64,000 nucleotides of DNA, taken from a virus (lineage: Duplodnaviria > Caudoviricetes). Positions 41,831 to 52,758 of this stretch are shown one piece after another. The stretch's first letter is position 1; the number at the start of each line of letters is the position of its first letter. The position numbers and the translations under genes were made by a program. Under the pieces are notes generated by a model. The model made no database searches. It saw nothing but the letters and a program-made list of their open reading frames with translations, and was not told where the DNA came from. The stretch is from the IMG/VR virus record IMGVR_UViG_3300046169_000103, positions 1,924 to 65,923 of that record. One strand, 5' to 3'.

Positions 41831-43835
41831 CTTGATAATGACTCCACTTATTGAAGCCGTTGTTGTTTAATATATATAAATCATTCGTGTCGGTTCCGTA
41901 TGCAATTGTGCCAGTGTCGTCACCTGTTCTGCCTATAATATTTTCTTCGGTATCAAATACAGATATTTTGAATGTTTGTGGCTGTGGATCATCATCATTG
42001 TCATTGTCATTGTCATTGTCATTAGAACCATCATCACCACCACTAAATGATTGTTGAAAATCGGCAAATGTTCCAGTTGCCCCGCCAGTGCCAGAACCAC
42101 CACCACTTTGACCAGCTGCCTTAACTGCTTGTCCGATCTGATAAAGTATACTACTCGTGTCTATGCCTGTGTCATTACCACCTGTGTCAGTAGGTTCTTC
42201 AGTGGTATTTAATACTAAAATATCAAGCTGGGCAGAGGTGGACCCATAGCTATTAGTTCTTGTGACTGTAGCAGTTTGAGCAACACTCACAGTTACATTT
42301 TTGTATCCTGGAACTTCCTGAGTTGTTCCTACAATGTAGTTACCAGAAAGCGTAAGTGGAGACATTAAATTTGTAACAGTTGTAGTCCAATCACCACCAG
42401 AAGGAGATACCTCATGATTGACTGCCGTGTTCTCATTTACAATTAGGTCAGGAACACTAAAGGCAGCAGGTGGAGAACCCGCAACTTCCTTAACTATCTC
42501 ATAATCAATACCTCTTGTGTTCGCACCGCTAAAGTAAACATGCCTATACGCATCACCTTCTCTTTTAATTAAGAACCTACCATTAGGGTTGTCTACATTA
42601 ACGGCTACATAGTATTCCCCTTGATAAAAAGTTGACTGCCCTGACTGGTTACTAAAGGTCTGGAGTACTCTTATAATGTCGCCACTTACAAGCTCATCAT
42701 TAGGAGCAGTAGTATACGCATCAAGCTCCTCCTTTGTCTGCGTGTAAGTTCCATCGTGCGGAAAATAGTCAATAGTGTCATCTACTCCATCAGAATCAGA
42801 GTCTGTAACAAACTCCCACAAATCACCCTCAATCGACATGGATATATTTCTTAAGCCACCACTTACATTTACCTGGAATGTAGTAGTGCCAATTGAGGAT
42901 ATTTGAGTGATTGTACCCTGTGGTGTTACATCCCCATTGGCCCAAGTTTTTCCAGTGAGGAATCTTATCTGAGCGCCCACTACAAACTCGTCAGAGATTA
43001 CCGTTACTGAACGAGTTACTGCATTTGATGCATTCCCTGCAGCATCAGTATAATTGTATGTAATAGTATATGTACCGACCGTGGAGGTATCCACTGAACC
43101 TGAGGCAGTAGCATCACCCGCTCCATCTACATTATCTGTCCATGTAGCCCCTTGCTCGGTGTATGTGGCTCCTTCGGTAAGTGTGATTTCTGCATCCCCT
43201 GTTAACGATATGATGGGCTTCTCTGTGTCTGATTCACCAGTGTCGCCCGCTATAGTTTGAAAGTGGGGGGTGGTGAGACCCTGTGTTGCTTGATACCTAT
43301 ACACACCATGTGCCCAAGCACCCCCAATACCTTGGTAATCACCTGCGGGGCCAGAGATAGAATTATCCCCCTTAATGGAATACCATGCTTCTGAGTTCGG
43401 CCCATTCGCAGAGCCGTCACCCGAGTAATTAAATACCGCATATATCGTCCAGTTGGTGTTATTAATCGAAGATATTTTATTAAGTGATACATCGATTGAT
43501 ATCTCGCCAGACATATCGGAACTTACATTACAAATGTAGTCCCCTCCCCAACTCGAAGGATGAGAAGAATATGCCGATGTGGTGAAGTTGTGACCGGAGT
43601 TTCGGTCAGCTCCCATAAGCATTGCTAGACGAAACTTCTGTCCAGTTTTTACGTAGTCATACTCCTCAGGAAGAACAATTATCGTATTTATATCTCCATA
43701 GTTGCGTACCAATAACAGGTTGCTTGAAAATTGGGCGATATTACTAGCGCCAATAGAATAAGTTCCATTAGTTAAACTATGCCCTGTCGTAAGCTTAACT
43801 ATTGTGGATGGAAAATTTTGGTACGTGTCACTCAT
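41823..43835 (-). CDS. Multidomain tail-associated protein with DUF5011-like Ig domain
   Basis: DTEKPIISLTG...YTEQGATWTDNVDG...VGTYTITYNYTDAAGN. Confidence 0.7.
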   Translation of the reverse strand: MSDTYQNFPSTIVKLTTGHSLTNGTYSIGASNIAQFSSNLLLVRNYGDINTIIVLPEEYDYVKTGQKFRLAMLMGADRNSGHNFTTSAYSSHPSSWGGDYICNVSSDMSGEISIDVSLNKISSINNTNWTIYAVFNYSGDGSANGPNSEAWYSIKGDNSISGPAGDYQGIGGAWAHGVYRYQATQGLTTPHFQTIAGDTGESDTEKPIISLTGDAEITLTEGATYTEQGATWTDNVDGAGDATASGSVDTSTVGTYTITYNYTDAAGNASNAVTRSVTVISDEFVVGAQIRFLTGKTWANGDVTPQGTITQISSIGTTTFQVNVSGGLRNISMSIEGDLWEFVTDSDSDGVDDTIDYFPHDGTYTQTKEELDAYTTAPNDELVSGDIIRVLQTFSNQSGQSTFYQGEYYVAVNVDNPNGRFLIKREGDAYRHVYFSGANTRGIDYEIVKEVAGSPPAAFSVPDLIVNENTAVNHEVSPSGGDWTTTVTNLMSPLTLSGNYIVGTTQEVPGYKNVTVSVAQTATVTRTNSYGSTSAQLDILVLNTTEEPTDTGGNDTGIDTSSILYQIGQAVKAAGQSGGGSGTGGATGTFADFQQSFSGGDDGSNDNDNDNDNDDDPQPQTFKISVFDTEENIIGRTGDDTGTIAYGTDTNDLYILNNNGFNKWSHYQDE
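41989..42022. repeat. (TCATTG)n microsatellite encoding an NDNDND linker
   Basis: Seen directly. Confidence 0.7.
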
Positions 43836-44514
43836 CCGTAAAAGTAGCCTCTATATAAAGATTGTTATCTAGTTCCAGATTAAGCATTGGATACTCGCTA
43901 GTGTCCTCGCCCTCCCACTTTAAAAATTGATACCCAGATAGAGGCTTCGCCTCGATAATTAAGATAGATCCACCAGGATACTCAGAGGTTTGATTCTTAG
44001 GTACAGATTTACCAAACTTGCCCATAGGTAAGTCATACTCCACTCCACCTATAGATACCTTATCTAGGGCTGAGGCTATATACTCGCTACCACGATTGAA
44101 TTCATTTTCGGCAATAGTGAAGGTCTCAAGCACGCCAAAGCTTTCACCAATACCTACTGAACCTTGTTGAATAACACATTCGATCGAAGCTAACCCCCCT
44201 GATCTACTAGCAATATGTGCAAAGAAAATTGGAGTGTCCTCATTTAGTCCCGCTACAAAGTTCTCAAATCCATTATGAACAATTGCGGTTCTGCTATGGG
44301 TGTACTCCAGTGCGTGTTTCAGGGAGTCTACTTCTATATCAAATACTGTTCCGTCATGAACGAAGCTACCTGACTTTTCAGGAAACGCCATGAGTGTTGC
44401 ATCTGTAACAAATCCTGCACTTATAATATCAGCCAAGGAACTTCTCTTAAGGTAAGAGTCTATATCCCCTGCATCAAAATCTGCTTCGGAAAGTTCGTTA
44501 ATCTGTAAAGCCAT
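43828..44514 (-). CDS. Tail-associated protein, C-terminal B-repeat-like Ig domain
   Basis: A.PLSGYQFLKWEG...IEATF. Confidence 0.55.
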   Translation of the reverse strand: MALQINELSEADFDAGDIDSYLKRSSLADIISAGFVTDATLMAFPEKSGSFVHDGTVFDIEVDSLKHALEYTHSRTAIVHNGFENFVAGLNEDTPIFFAHIASRSGGLASIECVIQQGSVGIGESFGVLETFTIAENEFNRGSEYIASALDKVSIGGVEYDLPMGKFGKSVPKNQTSEYPGGSILIIEAKPLSGYQFLKWEGEDTSEYPMLNLELDNNLYIEATFTDE

Positions 44515-44533
44515 GACCTAATTTATTATGTCA
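44514..44533 (-). promoter_or_regulatory. 20-bp motif copy TGACATAA-TAAA-TTAGGTCA
   Basis: Near-perfect inverted repeat ending on the A of the ATG of 43828..44514. Confidence 0.65.
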
Positions 44534-44556
44534 ATTGTAAAAGTGCGAGTCAATAT

Positions 44557-45219
44557 TCATGTATTTGTAATACTGAGTGTCTTAGTGGTTGCGTCATAAC
44601 TGTATACAGGCTTGTTCGATAAATCCTGATAATTACCACTAAACAAAGAGGGCTTATCACTTAAGTCATTGTAACTACCACTAAACAAAGAGGGCTTATC
44701 GTTAAGGTCACCGTAATCACCACTAGTTGCTACTGAGTGAAATCCTGATGTTTGACTAGCAGGAACGGTATATGCACTAAGAGCCGTGTCCTCTACATTC
44801 CCTAAGCCTACCTGGGCCTTAGTAATAGCATGAGGATTATCAGTCCTCCCAGTATGAGCATCTATAGCTTCGGTTAAAGAAGAGTCTAAGTCCCTGATAA
44901 TTGCCTGAAGTGATGCATCAAGTTCATTACGTGAGCGCCGCTGTCGCTCTGCTTCAGCACTAAGCTCGCCATCTGCAACCTCCTTTGCTTCAGCCACTTG
45001 ATAACTAACCACCATCTGAGTAAGCCTCTCGAGGTTCTCGTGCACGCTACCCCACCACTCCTTCATCTTAATATGGTACTTGTCTGATTCCGTAGGGTCT
45101 TGATTGATCAAAAACTCAGGAAGCATGGGCACTTCATCGGGGCCCAAAAAATCTGGCTCCTTACTTATTCTAGCGATACCAGAACCAACAACTGACGCAG
45201 CTACACTATTACCAATCAT
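44557..45219 (-). CDS. Tail fibre anchor protein
   Basis: NPH.ITKAQVGLGNV, repeated SG.Y.DL.DKP, C-terminal YDATTKTLSI. Confidence 0.65.
   Translation of the reverse strand: MIGNSVAASVVGSGIARISKEPDFLGPDEVPMLPEFLINQDPTESDKYHIKMKEWWGSVHENLERLTQMVVSYQVAEAKEVADGELSAEAERQRRSRNELDASLQAIIRDLDSSLTEAIDAHTGRTDNPHAITKAQVGLGNVEDTALSAYTVPASQTSGFHSVATSGDYGDLNDKPSLFSGSYNDLSDKPSLFSGNYQDLSNKPVYSYDATTKTLSITNT
44635..44700. repeat. 24-bp direct repeat with 42-bp period (DKPSLFSG)
   Basis: accactaaacaaagagggcttatc at 44635 and 44677. Confidence 0.75.
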
Positions 45220-47519
45220 CCTTGATTAGTAGCAGTCTGGGATAGCTTGGAGTCTACCCCGCTTACCTCAAATGTTCTACCGATCAGCTTTACTGGGTTG
45301 TCCTTACCTTCAACTATTATTGCATCACGGAAATATGGTCCCCTTAAGTAAAGAGGAATCATGTTCTCGGAACGAGGGTCACTCAGTAGGGTTTCTGCTT
45401 CTATCCTTTCGCCCGTACTAAACTCATACTCGCCATCTTCATTCAGTTCTACATCAGTGATATCATCGACGGTTGCCTGAGATGTTGGAACCACAGATAT
45501 CCTTACCTTAACCTGAGCCTCTGAGGATGTTCCGTATAGTGTATTTTCGGCTACATGCAGTGCATACGACCTAACATCCTTATCATTAAACTGGTCAGTA
45601 AAATCAATGAGTCCACTCTGCAGGACGGATTTATACTCATTACCATACCGATTGTATACCTGATAGCCATCTGGGCCCTTACCATATCTGACCATAAAAT
45701 GATAAATATCCTCTCCATCAGAATCAAAAGCACTGATATTTTTAACCTTATCACTTAAAGCAAAAACTACCCACCTATGCTCCACCTTCTTACTTGTCCA
45801 TGGCCTAATAATCTGGCAACCCGCAGTAAAAACCTGATCTATCTCAGATACGGTATTATTTTCGTAATCAAAAGCAAATGTCTCATTTGGTGTACAGAAA
45901 AAGACCTCTCTTGTTTCGCTATTGTCTACAGTGAAAACAGATTCAGCAGTCTCCCCACTTAAGTCTTCCCAGAACCTAGTCCCCTTCTCCATGGGTTGAA
46001 GTAGCTTAGGTTGAGAAGCAGCTCTATCCACTTGGTATATGCCATTAAACCCCATAAACACATGAAACCTCCCAGCAACATCAATCAATGTGTTCCTTAG
46101 GTCTACAACTCGTGGACCAGTGTACCTCCTTTCAAACTGAAAAACCTCTTCCGTATTGACTCGTATTGCAGTCATGTAACCAGTATCCCGGTAGATCATT
46201 AACCGATCTACTAGATTTTTCATTTTTAGGATGCGACTACCGTCATCAACTAAATCTACAACACTTGTTTTTCTTCCTATTGAATCGAGTCTTACCATGT
46301 AGCCAGTGACAGAATTCACAACAGGAGTAGCAAGTTCGTCATCAGTGATTGAAGATTCTGCATTTACGGGATTTCCGTCCTTGTCGACAATCGAGTATGT
46401 CTGAGTGCCATCTCCATTATCAGTCACGCTCCCAATACTAATTCTTGAATATGTTAAATCAGAAGAACTATAACCCAGAACATTCCCAACATCATTTCCA
46501 TCTATCTCTGCAATGGTTTGTCCGGCGCCAACTATCAATACTTCTTCTCCTATGGGAAATGTAATATATGGGTGATTATTCTGAGTGTCATAACCACCAT
46601 CCAGTTCAGTCCTTAGCGGGTATTTGGATATAAATTGATTTGTATCTTTCTGCATGGTTCCGTAAAGAGCCGTGCCATACCTCATGCCTTCGCCTGCGTA
46701 ACTCCAAACAATTGAGTACGCACTACGATTAACCTTAGTTTCCCCAATCTTATATGACTCGCTATCAAGCACAGCTCCGTACGGGTCATCGCCCTTCATC
46801 CAATCAACCCAGTCATCTGCTCTGATTTGCTGGATATCTGCAAGCATTAAGAAACCATTAAACTCCGCTATAGTCCCAACTGCGGCAACCCTATACGCAG
46901 GGTTCTCCCTAAGCTCTAATAAAGGAATAACTGCTTCCCACTCCTCCCTGTAAACAACTGGCAAATCTTTGCCATTATTTAAATATAGAGTACTGTTAAC
47001 TACCGCACTTTCCCAGTTAATCGCTTCGTTAGCAAAGTACTCAGTTTCTACTGGCTCATCAATATGATGGAATCCGCTTCCTATCACTTGCCATCTAAAA
47101 TCCGCTGGGGGTTCTGCTATGTAACCTTCCTCAAAGTAGGGACCAGGTGCCCAGTCTGCTGGTGCATTTTTATTAATATACTCAGTGTTCTGATCGTGCT
47201 TATATCTGTATATCGTATCTCCTGCTATAATGACCAAGCATGAAATATTATCTCCCGACCTAAATTGACATATCAATCTTATTGGATGATCTGTGGGTAG
47301 ATTTGCGAAAAGCTGGGGGAATGCCTCGAGTATTTTACCGGAAGGCTTAAATACATCCCACCCTTCTCGTCTTGCCTCACCTTCCTGATGCCTCCTAAAG
47401 TTTAACTTTTTCGTGTAATGCTCTCCGGAGGCACTCTCGCCCGACAAGTTCTCAAGCAACGCACCACCCATCATGGGCTTTAGTGTGCGGTTTATAAACT
47501 TTTTGGTCTTGCTTGGCAT
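45216..47519 (-). CDS. Putative tail nozzle/tubular protein B-like
   Basis: 767 aa, beta-rich, LYLNNG.D.P motif, podovirus position. Confidence 0.55.
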   Translation of the reverse strand: MPSKTKKFINRTLKPMMGGALLENLSGESASGEHYTKKLNFRRHQEGEARREGWDVFKPSGKILEAFPQLFANLPTDHPIRLICQFRSGDNISCLVIIAGDTIYRYKHDQNTEYINKNAPADWAPGPYFEEGYIAEPPADFRWQVIGSGFHHIDEPVETEYFANEAINWESAVVNSTLYLNNGKDLPVVYREEWEAVIPLLELRENPAYRVAAVGTIAEFNGFLMLADIQQIRADDWVDWMKGDDPYGAVLDSESYKIGETKVNRSAYSIVWSYAGEGMRYGTALYGTMQKDTNQFISKYPLRTELDGGYDTQNNHPYITFPIGEEVLIVGAGQTIAEIDGNDVGNVLGYSSSDLTYSRISIGSVTDNGDGTQTYSIVDKDGNPVNAESSITDDELATPVVNSVTGYMVRLDSIGRKTSVVDLVDDGSRILKMKNLVDRLMIYRDTGYMTAIRVNTEEVFQFERRYTGPRVVDLRNTLIDVAGRFHVFMGFNGIYQVDRAASQPKLLQPMEKGTRFWEDLSGETAESVFTVDNSETREVFFCTPNETFAFDYENNTVSEIDQVFTAGCQIIRPWTSKKVEHRWVVFALSDKVKNISAFDSDGEDIYHFMVRYGKGPDGYQVYNRYGNEYKSVLQSGLIDFTDQFNDKDVRSYALHVAENTLYGTSSEAQVKVRISVVPTSQATVDDITDVELNEDGEYEFSTGERIEAETLLSDPRSENMIPLYLRGPYFRDAIIVEGKDNPVKLIGRTFEVSGVDSKLSQTATNQG

Positions 47520-48142
47520 TAGCTGGAAATAGTTAAAGTCTTACTGGATGAATCGTAACTAAATGTAGCGCCAACATCACCCTTATCACCTTTATCACCT
47601 TTAATCCCCTGAATTCCTTGGTCTCCTTGGTCTCCCTTTATACCCTGGATGCCTTGGTCTCCGTCATCTCCCTTTAAGCCCGGTATTCCTTGGATTCCTT
47701 GGTCGCCCGTGTCTCCCTTATCTCCCTTGTCGCCACGAGGTATCGTCAGAACACCACTTGTTGAATTGTAGTTAGCACTAGTTCCTGATGCTCCAGTAGA
47801 TGCTGTTAAGCCCGTAATTGAGTTGGCTGCAGCTTGTGCGTCATTCTTTGCGGATACTGCAGTTTGTGCATCAGTTGATGCATGACCTGCTTGAGTGGAT
47901 GCAGTTGAGGCAGACTGAGCCGCAGCTTGAGCTGATGCTTCAGCATCTATAGTGTCTCCTAATGCATCCTTTAAGGAATTATTACCCTGTCCTACTAAGT
48001 TAACTTTTCCCCTTAGTAGATCAAAGTTTGCATTTACCTCTGCATTAGTAAGAGGACTAGTGCCTCTAATTTTAATCTTTGTCTCATTATGAGTAAAGGT
48101 GCTGTTGTTATCTAAATCTGTATAATCTGCTGGGAGTGACAT
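47519..48142 (-). CDS. Short collagen-containing tail fibre
   Basis: PLTNAEV.ANF N-terminus, GDKG/GIQG repeats, YDSSSKTLTI C-terminus. Confidence 0.7.
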   Translation of the reverse strand: MSLPADYTDLDNNSTFTHNETKIKIRGTSPLTNAEVNANFDLLRGKVNLVGQGNNSLKDALGDTIDAEASAQAAAQSASTASTQAGHASTDAQTAVSAKNDAQAAANSITGLTASTGASGTSANYNSTSGVLTIPRGDKGDKGDTGDQGIQGIPGLKGDDGDQGIQGIKGDQGDQGIQGIKGDKGDKGDVGATFSYDSSSKTLTISS

Positions 48143-48145
48143 ATC

Positions 48146-50128
48146 TTATCCTTGTTGCGAGTATGAATCCTCTATGAATGCAATTGTTTTAATCACAACT
48201 GTATCCCCTGAGACTATCTCTGCTTTCCATCTGCCTGTGGTTTCATCAAAAAATAATCGTGCATTACTTTTATCTCCACGCTCCACCTCAATACCTGACT
48301 GCAAATTGCTGGCAGGGTTACCTGTTTGATTCTTATTAAGGACAACCATATTGTCCTCAATTTCAAGGTTAGTAGTGTCTATGGATGTTGTCGTGCCATT
48401 TACAGTCAGGTTTCCACTTATGGTGGTATTACCATTTACCGATAAGTCGGAATTGGCCGAAGATGTTCCTATGGTTGTGCCTTTAAGATTTGAGTGACCA
48501 GTCACACTCAAGTTGTCATCTATTGTAACTTTGGCTCCTGTTTTTCCTGCAAGTGTTAAATCGCCATCAGTTGCGGTGATATTCCCTGCTACTTGTAATT
48601 TATCATTTACTTGAACATCTCCCCCGACCGCACTGTTTGAATCACCTTCGAGTATTAAATTACCCGTGAGTGCTTTAACCGTATTGTTTGGACGGATTGT
48701 ACCATAAACTACTAAGTCTGCCCCTGCTCCCGTTTCTGGTCCACCAATGGTGGTATCATTCGATACCTTTAGCTCATCATTGATGTGAACAAGAAAATTG
48801 CCATCCTTACCTTTTAGCTCAAGGTTTCCATCAGTGGCTTGTATTAGTCCCTGAACACTTAATTCTCCACCTATCGTAAGGTCACCACTAATTCCTGATG
48901 AACCCGACTCTATATTGCTAAGTCTATCGTGGATATCCTTCTGGGTGATTAAGCCTGTGCTACCAGTTCCGGATGCGGGCAAACTACCAACATGAACCGT
49001 TCTGAATATTTCTAAAAGTTCCTGTATTTTAGCTTCCGTTTCAGCACGAGTAAATGCATCAAAGTCACCTAGCTCAACTGCATGTGGGTTTGCCGTATCT
49101 GCTAGGTGGGTATTAAGAAGTTCAAGAACATTTACATTAGGTACATTAGGAAGTCCAATTGCAGCACCATTAAGTCCGATTATTGTACCTGTGAATGTTG
49201 GGTTATTTAATGTAGCATCATTAAGTATTCCCTCCCTTGATAAGTTTTCCACATCACCGAGCCCTACATCTGCCTTGGTCACCCCGTGTGGATTAGTGGC
49301 ATCGATGTGAGTCTGGAGTCCAGTAGTTGATCCATCTGCAATCTTTTGATCTACTTCTGCCTTTGTGTATTTATCCAGATCGGTAATATTTGCCTCCGTG
49401 TGCGTGTGCGTCGGAACTGATCCATCACTAACCACTCCAGCGAAAAGAGAATCGACCTCTGCCTTAGTGTACTTGTCTAAGTCTGTTATTTGACTCTCGT
49501 TATGAGTATGGGTGGCTTCAGCCTTACCCTGAAGCAATATGGTAGCAGTGGCAGACTCCAAGTAGTTCTTTAAGTCTGATATATCTGACTCAGTATGATT
49601 ATGGGTGGCATTTGCCTTACCTGATATTTGGGATTCTAAATCACTCCTAGTGGAGGCTACCAAGCTTGCATCATTAGCATTATCAAGAGCAGTTTGGAGG
49701 CCACTAATATCTGATATATCATGACCATGAGACTCCACCGAGTAATTAGCAATAAGTGCATCCACCTCCGACTGACTGTAAACAACATCAAGTAGGTCGG
49801 TGATATTAGATGCTAGGTGAGTATGACCAACATCAGACTTTCCTGCCAAGAAGCCACCAAGGTCTGCAGTTAGTAAGTAGTCCTGGAGAGTGGTATCATT
49901 AAGTTCCTCAATAGAGGAAACCCTGAGACCCATGGCATCAACAAGTGTCTTTAGTGCGACACCCTGACGAGCCGACAATGCCTGTACATCTGAATCAGTG
50001 CTAAGGTTGTCTGCTACCTCCTCCTCTATACCTAGAAGGGAATCTATGAGAATTCCAAATTGTGCCTGAGTGGGCGTATCCCCACTTTCAAAGAAACTTT
50101 TTAAGGTCTGCTTGTCTTCTATTGTCAT
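48146..50128 (-). CDS. Tail fibre protein with His-rich repeats
   Basis: LK.FFE.GD.PTQ.QF..LIDS N-terminus; repeated H.H.E..ITDL; NPH.VTKADVGL. Confidence 0.75.
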   Translation of the reverse strand: MTIEDKQTLKSFFESGDTPTQAQFGILIDSLLGIEEEVADNLSTDSDVQALSARQGVALKTLVDAMGLRVSSIEELNDTTLQDYLLTADLGGFLAGKSDVGHTHLASNITDLLDVVYSQSEVDALIANYSVESHGHDISDISGLQTALDNANDASLVASTRSDLESQISGKANATHNHTESDISDLKNYLESATATILLQGKAEATHTHNESQITDLDKYTKAEVDSLFAGVVSDGSVPTHTHTEANITDLDKYTKAEVDQKIADGSTTGLQTHIDATNPHGVTKADVGLGDVENLSREGILNDATLNNPTFTGTIIGLNGAAIGLPNVPNVNVLELLNTHLADTANPHAVELGDFDAFTRAETEAKIQELLEIFRTVHVGSLPASGTGSTGLITQKDIHDRLSNIESGSSGISGDLTIGGELSVQGLIQATDGNLELKGKDGNFLVHINDELKVSNDTTIGGPETGAGADLVVYGTIRPNNTVKALTGNLILEGDSNSAVGGDVQVNDKLQVAGNITATDGDLTLAGKTGAKVTIDDNLSVTGHSNLKGTTIGTSSANSDLSVNGNTTISGNLTVNGTTTSIDTTNLEIEDNMVVLNKNQTGNPASNLQSGIEVERGDKSNARLFFDETTGRWKAEIVSGDTVVIKTIAFIEDSYSQQG

Positions 50129-50130
50129 GT

Positions 50131-50847
50131 CTATCCTATAGTGAACCCACCAGAACCAATACCAGTAGATTGACTCTGTGCATGATCTATTGCGGTGGTA
50201 TGATTAAAGTCTTTCCATACTCTATGTAACTCCTGTCTCTGCTTATTATACATGTCTATGTAAGACTTATATAAACCAACATCCTTATCCACTTCTCGGT
50301 TTAAGTGCGCTTTAATGTAATCAGCAACTGCCTTAGCTGATGAATCATCATATATAACTAAATCATCCGGGTCATAGCTCTGCTTTATCCCAGTCCAGTA
50401 AATATACAGTTTTTGGTCATCAACCAAAGGGGAGCACAAGTATAGCTTGCCATCACCAAAAGTCACCCTTCCCGCATATCCACTATTCCTGGTCGGGCAT
50501 CCATCAATAACACGGAATCGAGAACCCCATGGAACAATCTCTACATAAGAAAACCACCTTTGGGAATCATCATCGCCTTTAAGCCCAGAGACTACAACAG
50601 AATCTATAGTTGCATGAGTAGGCGTAAACTGCACCTCTGATGAATTATTACCCGTTGGAACAGGTAGCATGTCACTTGCAAAAAATGTATTAACATTCCT
50701 AGCTTTAAATGCATCGATATAATCCTGAAGATTTACAACAGCACTAACCATTAATTGATTAATATATTTTTGGATTCCCCTGCCCTTACGATCTGCATCC
50801 ACCAAGAGGTTCACCCTTACTTTATCCTGAAACTCTGACCACTTCAT
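50131..50847 (-). CDS. Putative head-tail adaptor protein
   Basis: Size, position and helical ends typical of adaptors. Confidence 0.5.
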   Translation of the reverse strand: MKWSEFQDKVRVNLLVDADRKGRGIQKYINQLMVSAVVNLQDYIDAFKARNVNTFFASDMLPVPTGNNSSEVQFTPTHATIDSVVVSGLKGDDDSQRWFSYVEIVPWGSRFRVIDGCPTRNSGYAGRVTFGDGKLYLCSPLVDDQKLYIYWTGIKQSYDPDDLVIYDDSSAKAVADYIKAHLNREVDKDVGLYKSYIDMYNKQRQELHRVWKDFNHTTAIDHAQSQSTGIGSGGFTIG

Positions 50848-51308
50848 CGTCTACCCCCTGGAGTGAAATAAAACCCGACAATCATCGGTAATACTACGGA
50901 GCACTCGAATAAACAGAGATGTCCTGTTGTAATGACCAGAGAGGCTTGCTCTGCTGGAAAACTGATGAGCCCGAAAAGAATTTCCGTTCTTCCTTCTCCT
51001 GTGATGTTGGTAGAACTAAGGATTGGGACTGATGGATAAATTGCTGTGAGGCATGTGACGAAGGTGATTGCCCCCATCCCCATGAATGCGAGCATCCGGC
51101 GTGTAGCCCTAGTGAAAGCACCGCCATCACCACTATTAAGACTTTCTTGAAATTTAAGAGCGAATTCATTGTTTCTTGCCTCCCTCGCCATCTCTAGTTC
51201 GTATTTCTGTTGGCGTGTGTCGTTGATGGCACCAAACACACCCTTGAGGACACTTCCCATAGCAGCCGAACCGCCCCCTGTTAAAAATAATGTAAGTAAT
51301 TCGAACAT
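50844..51308 (-). CDS. Membrane protein, holin-like
   Basis: Hydrophobic segments; resembles 3-TM holin architecture. Confidence 0.5.
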   Translation of the reverse strand: MFELLTLFLTGGGSAAMGSVLKGVFGAINDTRQQKYELEMAREARNNEFALKFQESLNSGDGGAFTRATRRMLAFMGMGAITFVTCLTAIYPSVPILSSTNITGEGRTEILFGLISFPAEQASLVITTGHLCLFECSVVLPMIVGFYFTPGGRR

Positions 51309-51310
51309 AG

Positions 51311-51330
51311 TGATATATTATATTAGGTCA
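51311..51330 (-). promoter_or_regulatory. 20-bp motif copy TGACCTAA-TATA-ATATATCA
   Basis: 2 nt before the ATG of 50844..51308; contains TATAAT. Confidence 0.6.
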
Positions 51331-51334
51331 TAAA

Positions 51335-52099
51335 CTAGGTCAATGAATAGTAATTTTGCCAATCACTGAATATCTGATCAACCGATTCACTTGGGATAAC
51401 AAAGTCAGCAATCATCATTTCAAATATTTTACCCTTAAAATTATTGGATGAACTTCTGCCAATATAAACTTCATCAATGGTATCAATTGGTACTTTTCTT
51501 AAACTTCTTCCACTAAACCCAGATGCGTTTCTTATTGATATGGTGCTAGAAAAGTTACCCGAGTACCCTGAATAGGTTATATCGGGGCTATCCATCCCAC
51601 CAAACAATTGATCAATATCGGTGGTTTTATAGTTATCAAACCTCATGTATGCGGACCCGATATCAAAGCAAAGCTCGTGGGTTGAATTAGATGCAGAGAA
51701 TATTGGTGCTCTTTTAGCGTCATCCGCAGGGTCGCATATTGCCAAAACTCCTACATCGCTTTGCATGGAACTTGATATATCAACTTCACCAAATGCACCC
51801 CCGCCCATATTTAAGTAGTAACCCTTGGTTGGGTCATAACCCACGATGGCATCCCCCTGAATTACTACATTAGTTGGCGTATGGTCGTACCTGACCTTCT
51901 GGTCGAATATCTTGACCACGCTTTCACCCACACTATCAGCCAAGTCAGACTCATAAATATCGCCACCCGTAACCTCAAACAGTGGGCCATTATAGCCCTC
52001 CCTGATTGATCTATTTAAAGAGAAAGCAACAAGTGGCTTCCGTGTTATTGCATCAACAGGAAGGTTGTAATCAGCAGACTCAGTAACATAGCCAAGCAT
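51335..52099 (-). CDS. Virion-associated protein, lectin-like
   Basis: AFSL.R...YNGP...FDQ...FKGKIFEM. Confidence 0.55.
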   Translation of the reverse strand: MLGYVTESADYNLPVDAITRKPLVAFSLNRSIREGYNGPLFEVTGGDIYESDLADSVGESVVKIFDQKVRYDHTPTNVVIQGDAIVGYDPTKGYYLNMGGGAFGEVDISSSMQSDVGVLAICDPADDAKRAPIFSASNSTHELCFDIGSAYMRFDNYKTTDIDQLFGGMDSPDITYSGYSGNFSSTISIRNASGFSGRSLRKVPIDTIDEVYIGRSSSNNFKGKIFEMMIADFVIPSESVDQIFSDWQNYYSLT

Positions 52100-52758
52100 T
52101 ATGCAGTCAGGTCACCAATCGCATACCAACTACTGTTGTGCCTATACACATGACAGGCAGAGTATGGTTGGGATAATCCTGTTCCCTTAGCCTTTAATTG
52201 CCCTTGGTCGGGTACGAGAGTCGTAAACTTACCCTCTAGGCAATTTACTACCTCAAAGAAGAAACCATCAGGTATTCCTGTCGATGGAAGAGTTAAAGTG
52301 ACAGAAGCACCAGTTGGTTCAATATTCAGAATCTTGGACTTATCACCTAATGATATAATTTTATCACCAGTTACCGTCTCGATAGATCTGTCATAGGAAA
52401 TGCTCCCTGACATACCTCCGGATGCCACCAAACTGCCCTTAATCTCTACATCCTCGTAGAAAGTTGCCGAGTCTGCATAGATGTCATACTCGTTGGCAAC
52501 TACAGGTAGTCTTATGGCGTTTGCATACGGATGTATACTAACATCCAAGTAAGGTCTGAACCTTGAGCCATTCAGGGTGTTACTCCAAATCGTAGAATCT
52601 AAATGCGTACCTCCACCTTGATAGTTTTGTTGAATGGAATCAAGCACACCATCACTCAGTTCGCCCGGTGAGTTTAAATTACTCTCCTGTGTCTCATTAG
52701 AGATTCCCGCATTAAGTCCAAGAATCTGAGTGTTGGTTTGCTGTACAGGACTAATCAT
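52099..52758 (-). CDS. Virion-associated fibre-like protein
   Basis: VTLTLP...W.AIGDL C-terminal module. Confidence 0.55.
   Translation of the reverse strand: MISPVQQTNTQILGLNAGISNETQESNLNSPGELSDGVLDSIQQNYQGGGTHLDSTIWSNTLNGSRFRPYLDVSIHPYANAIRLPVVANEYDIYADSATFYEDVEIKGSLVASGGMSGSISYDRSIETVTGDKIISLGDKSKILNIEPTGASVTLTLPSTGIPDGFFFEVVNCLEGKFTTLVPDQGQLKAKGTGLSQPYSACHVYRHNSSWYAIGDLTA

Noticed and set aside
34772-50128. Diversity-generating retroelement or invertible fibre cassette
   Set aside because: No reverse transcriptase, no adenine-specific repeat pair noticed, no invertase or inverted gene segments; similarity between fibre genes is mostly at peptide level
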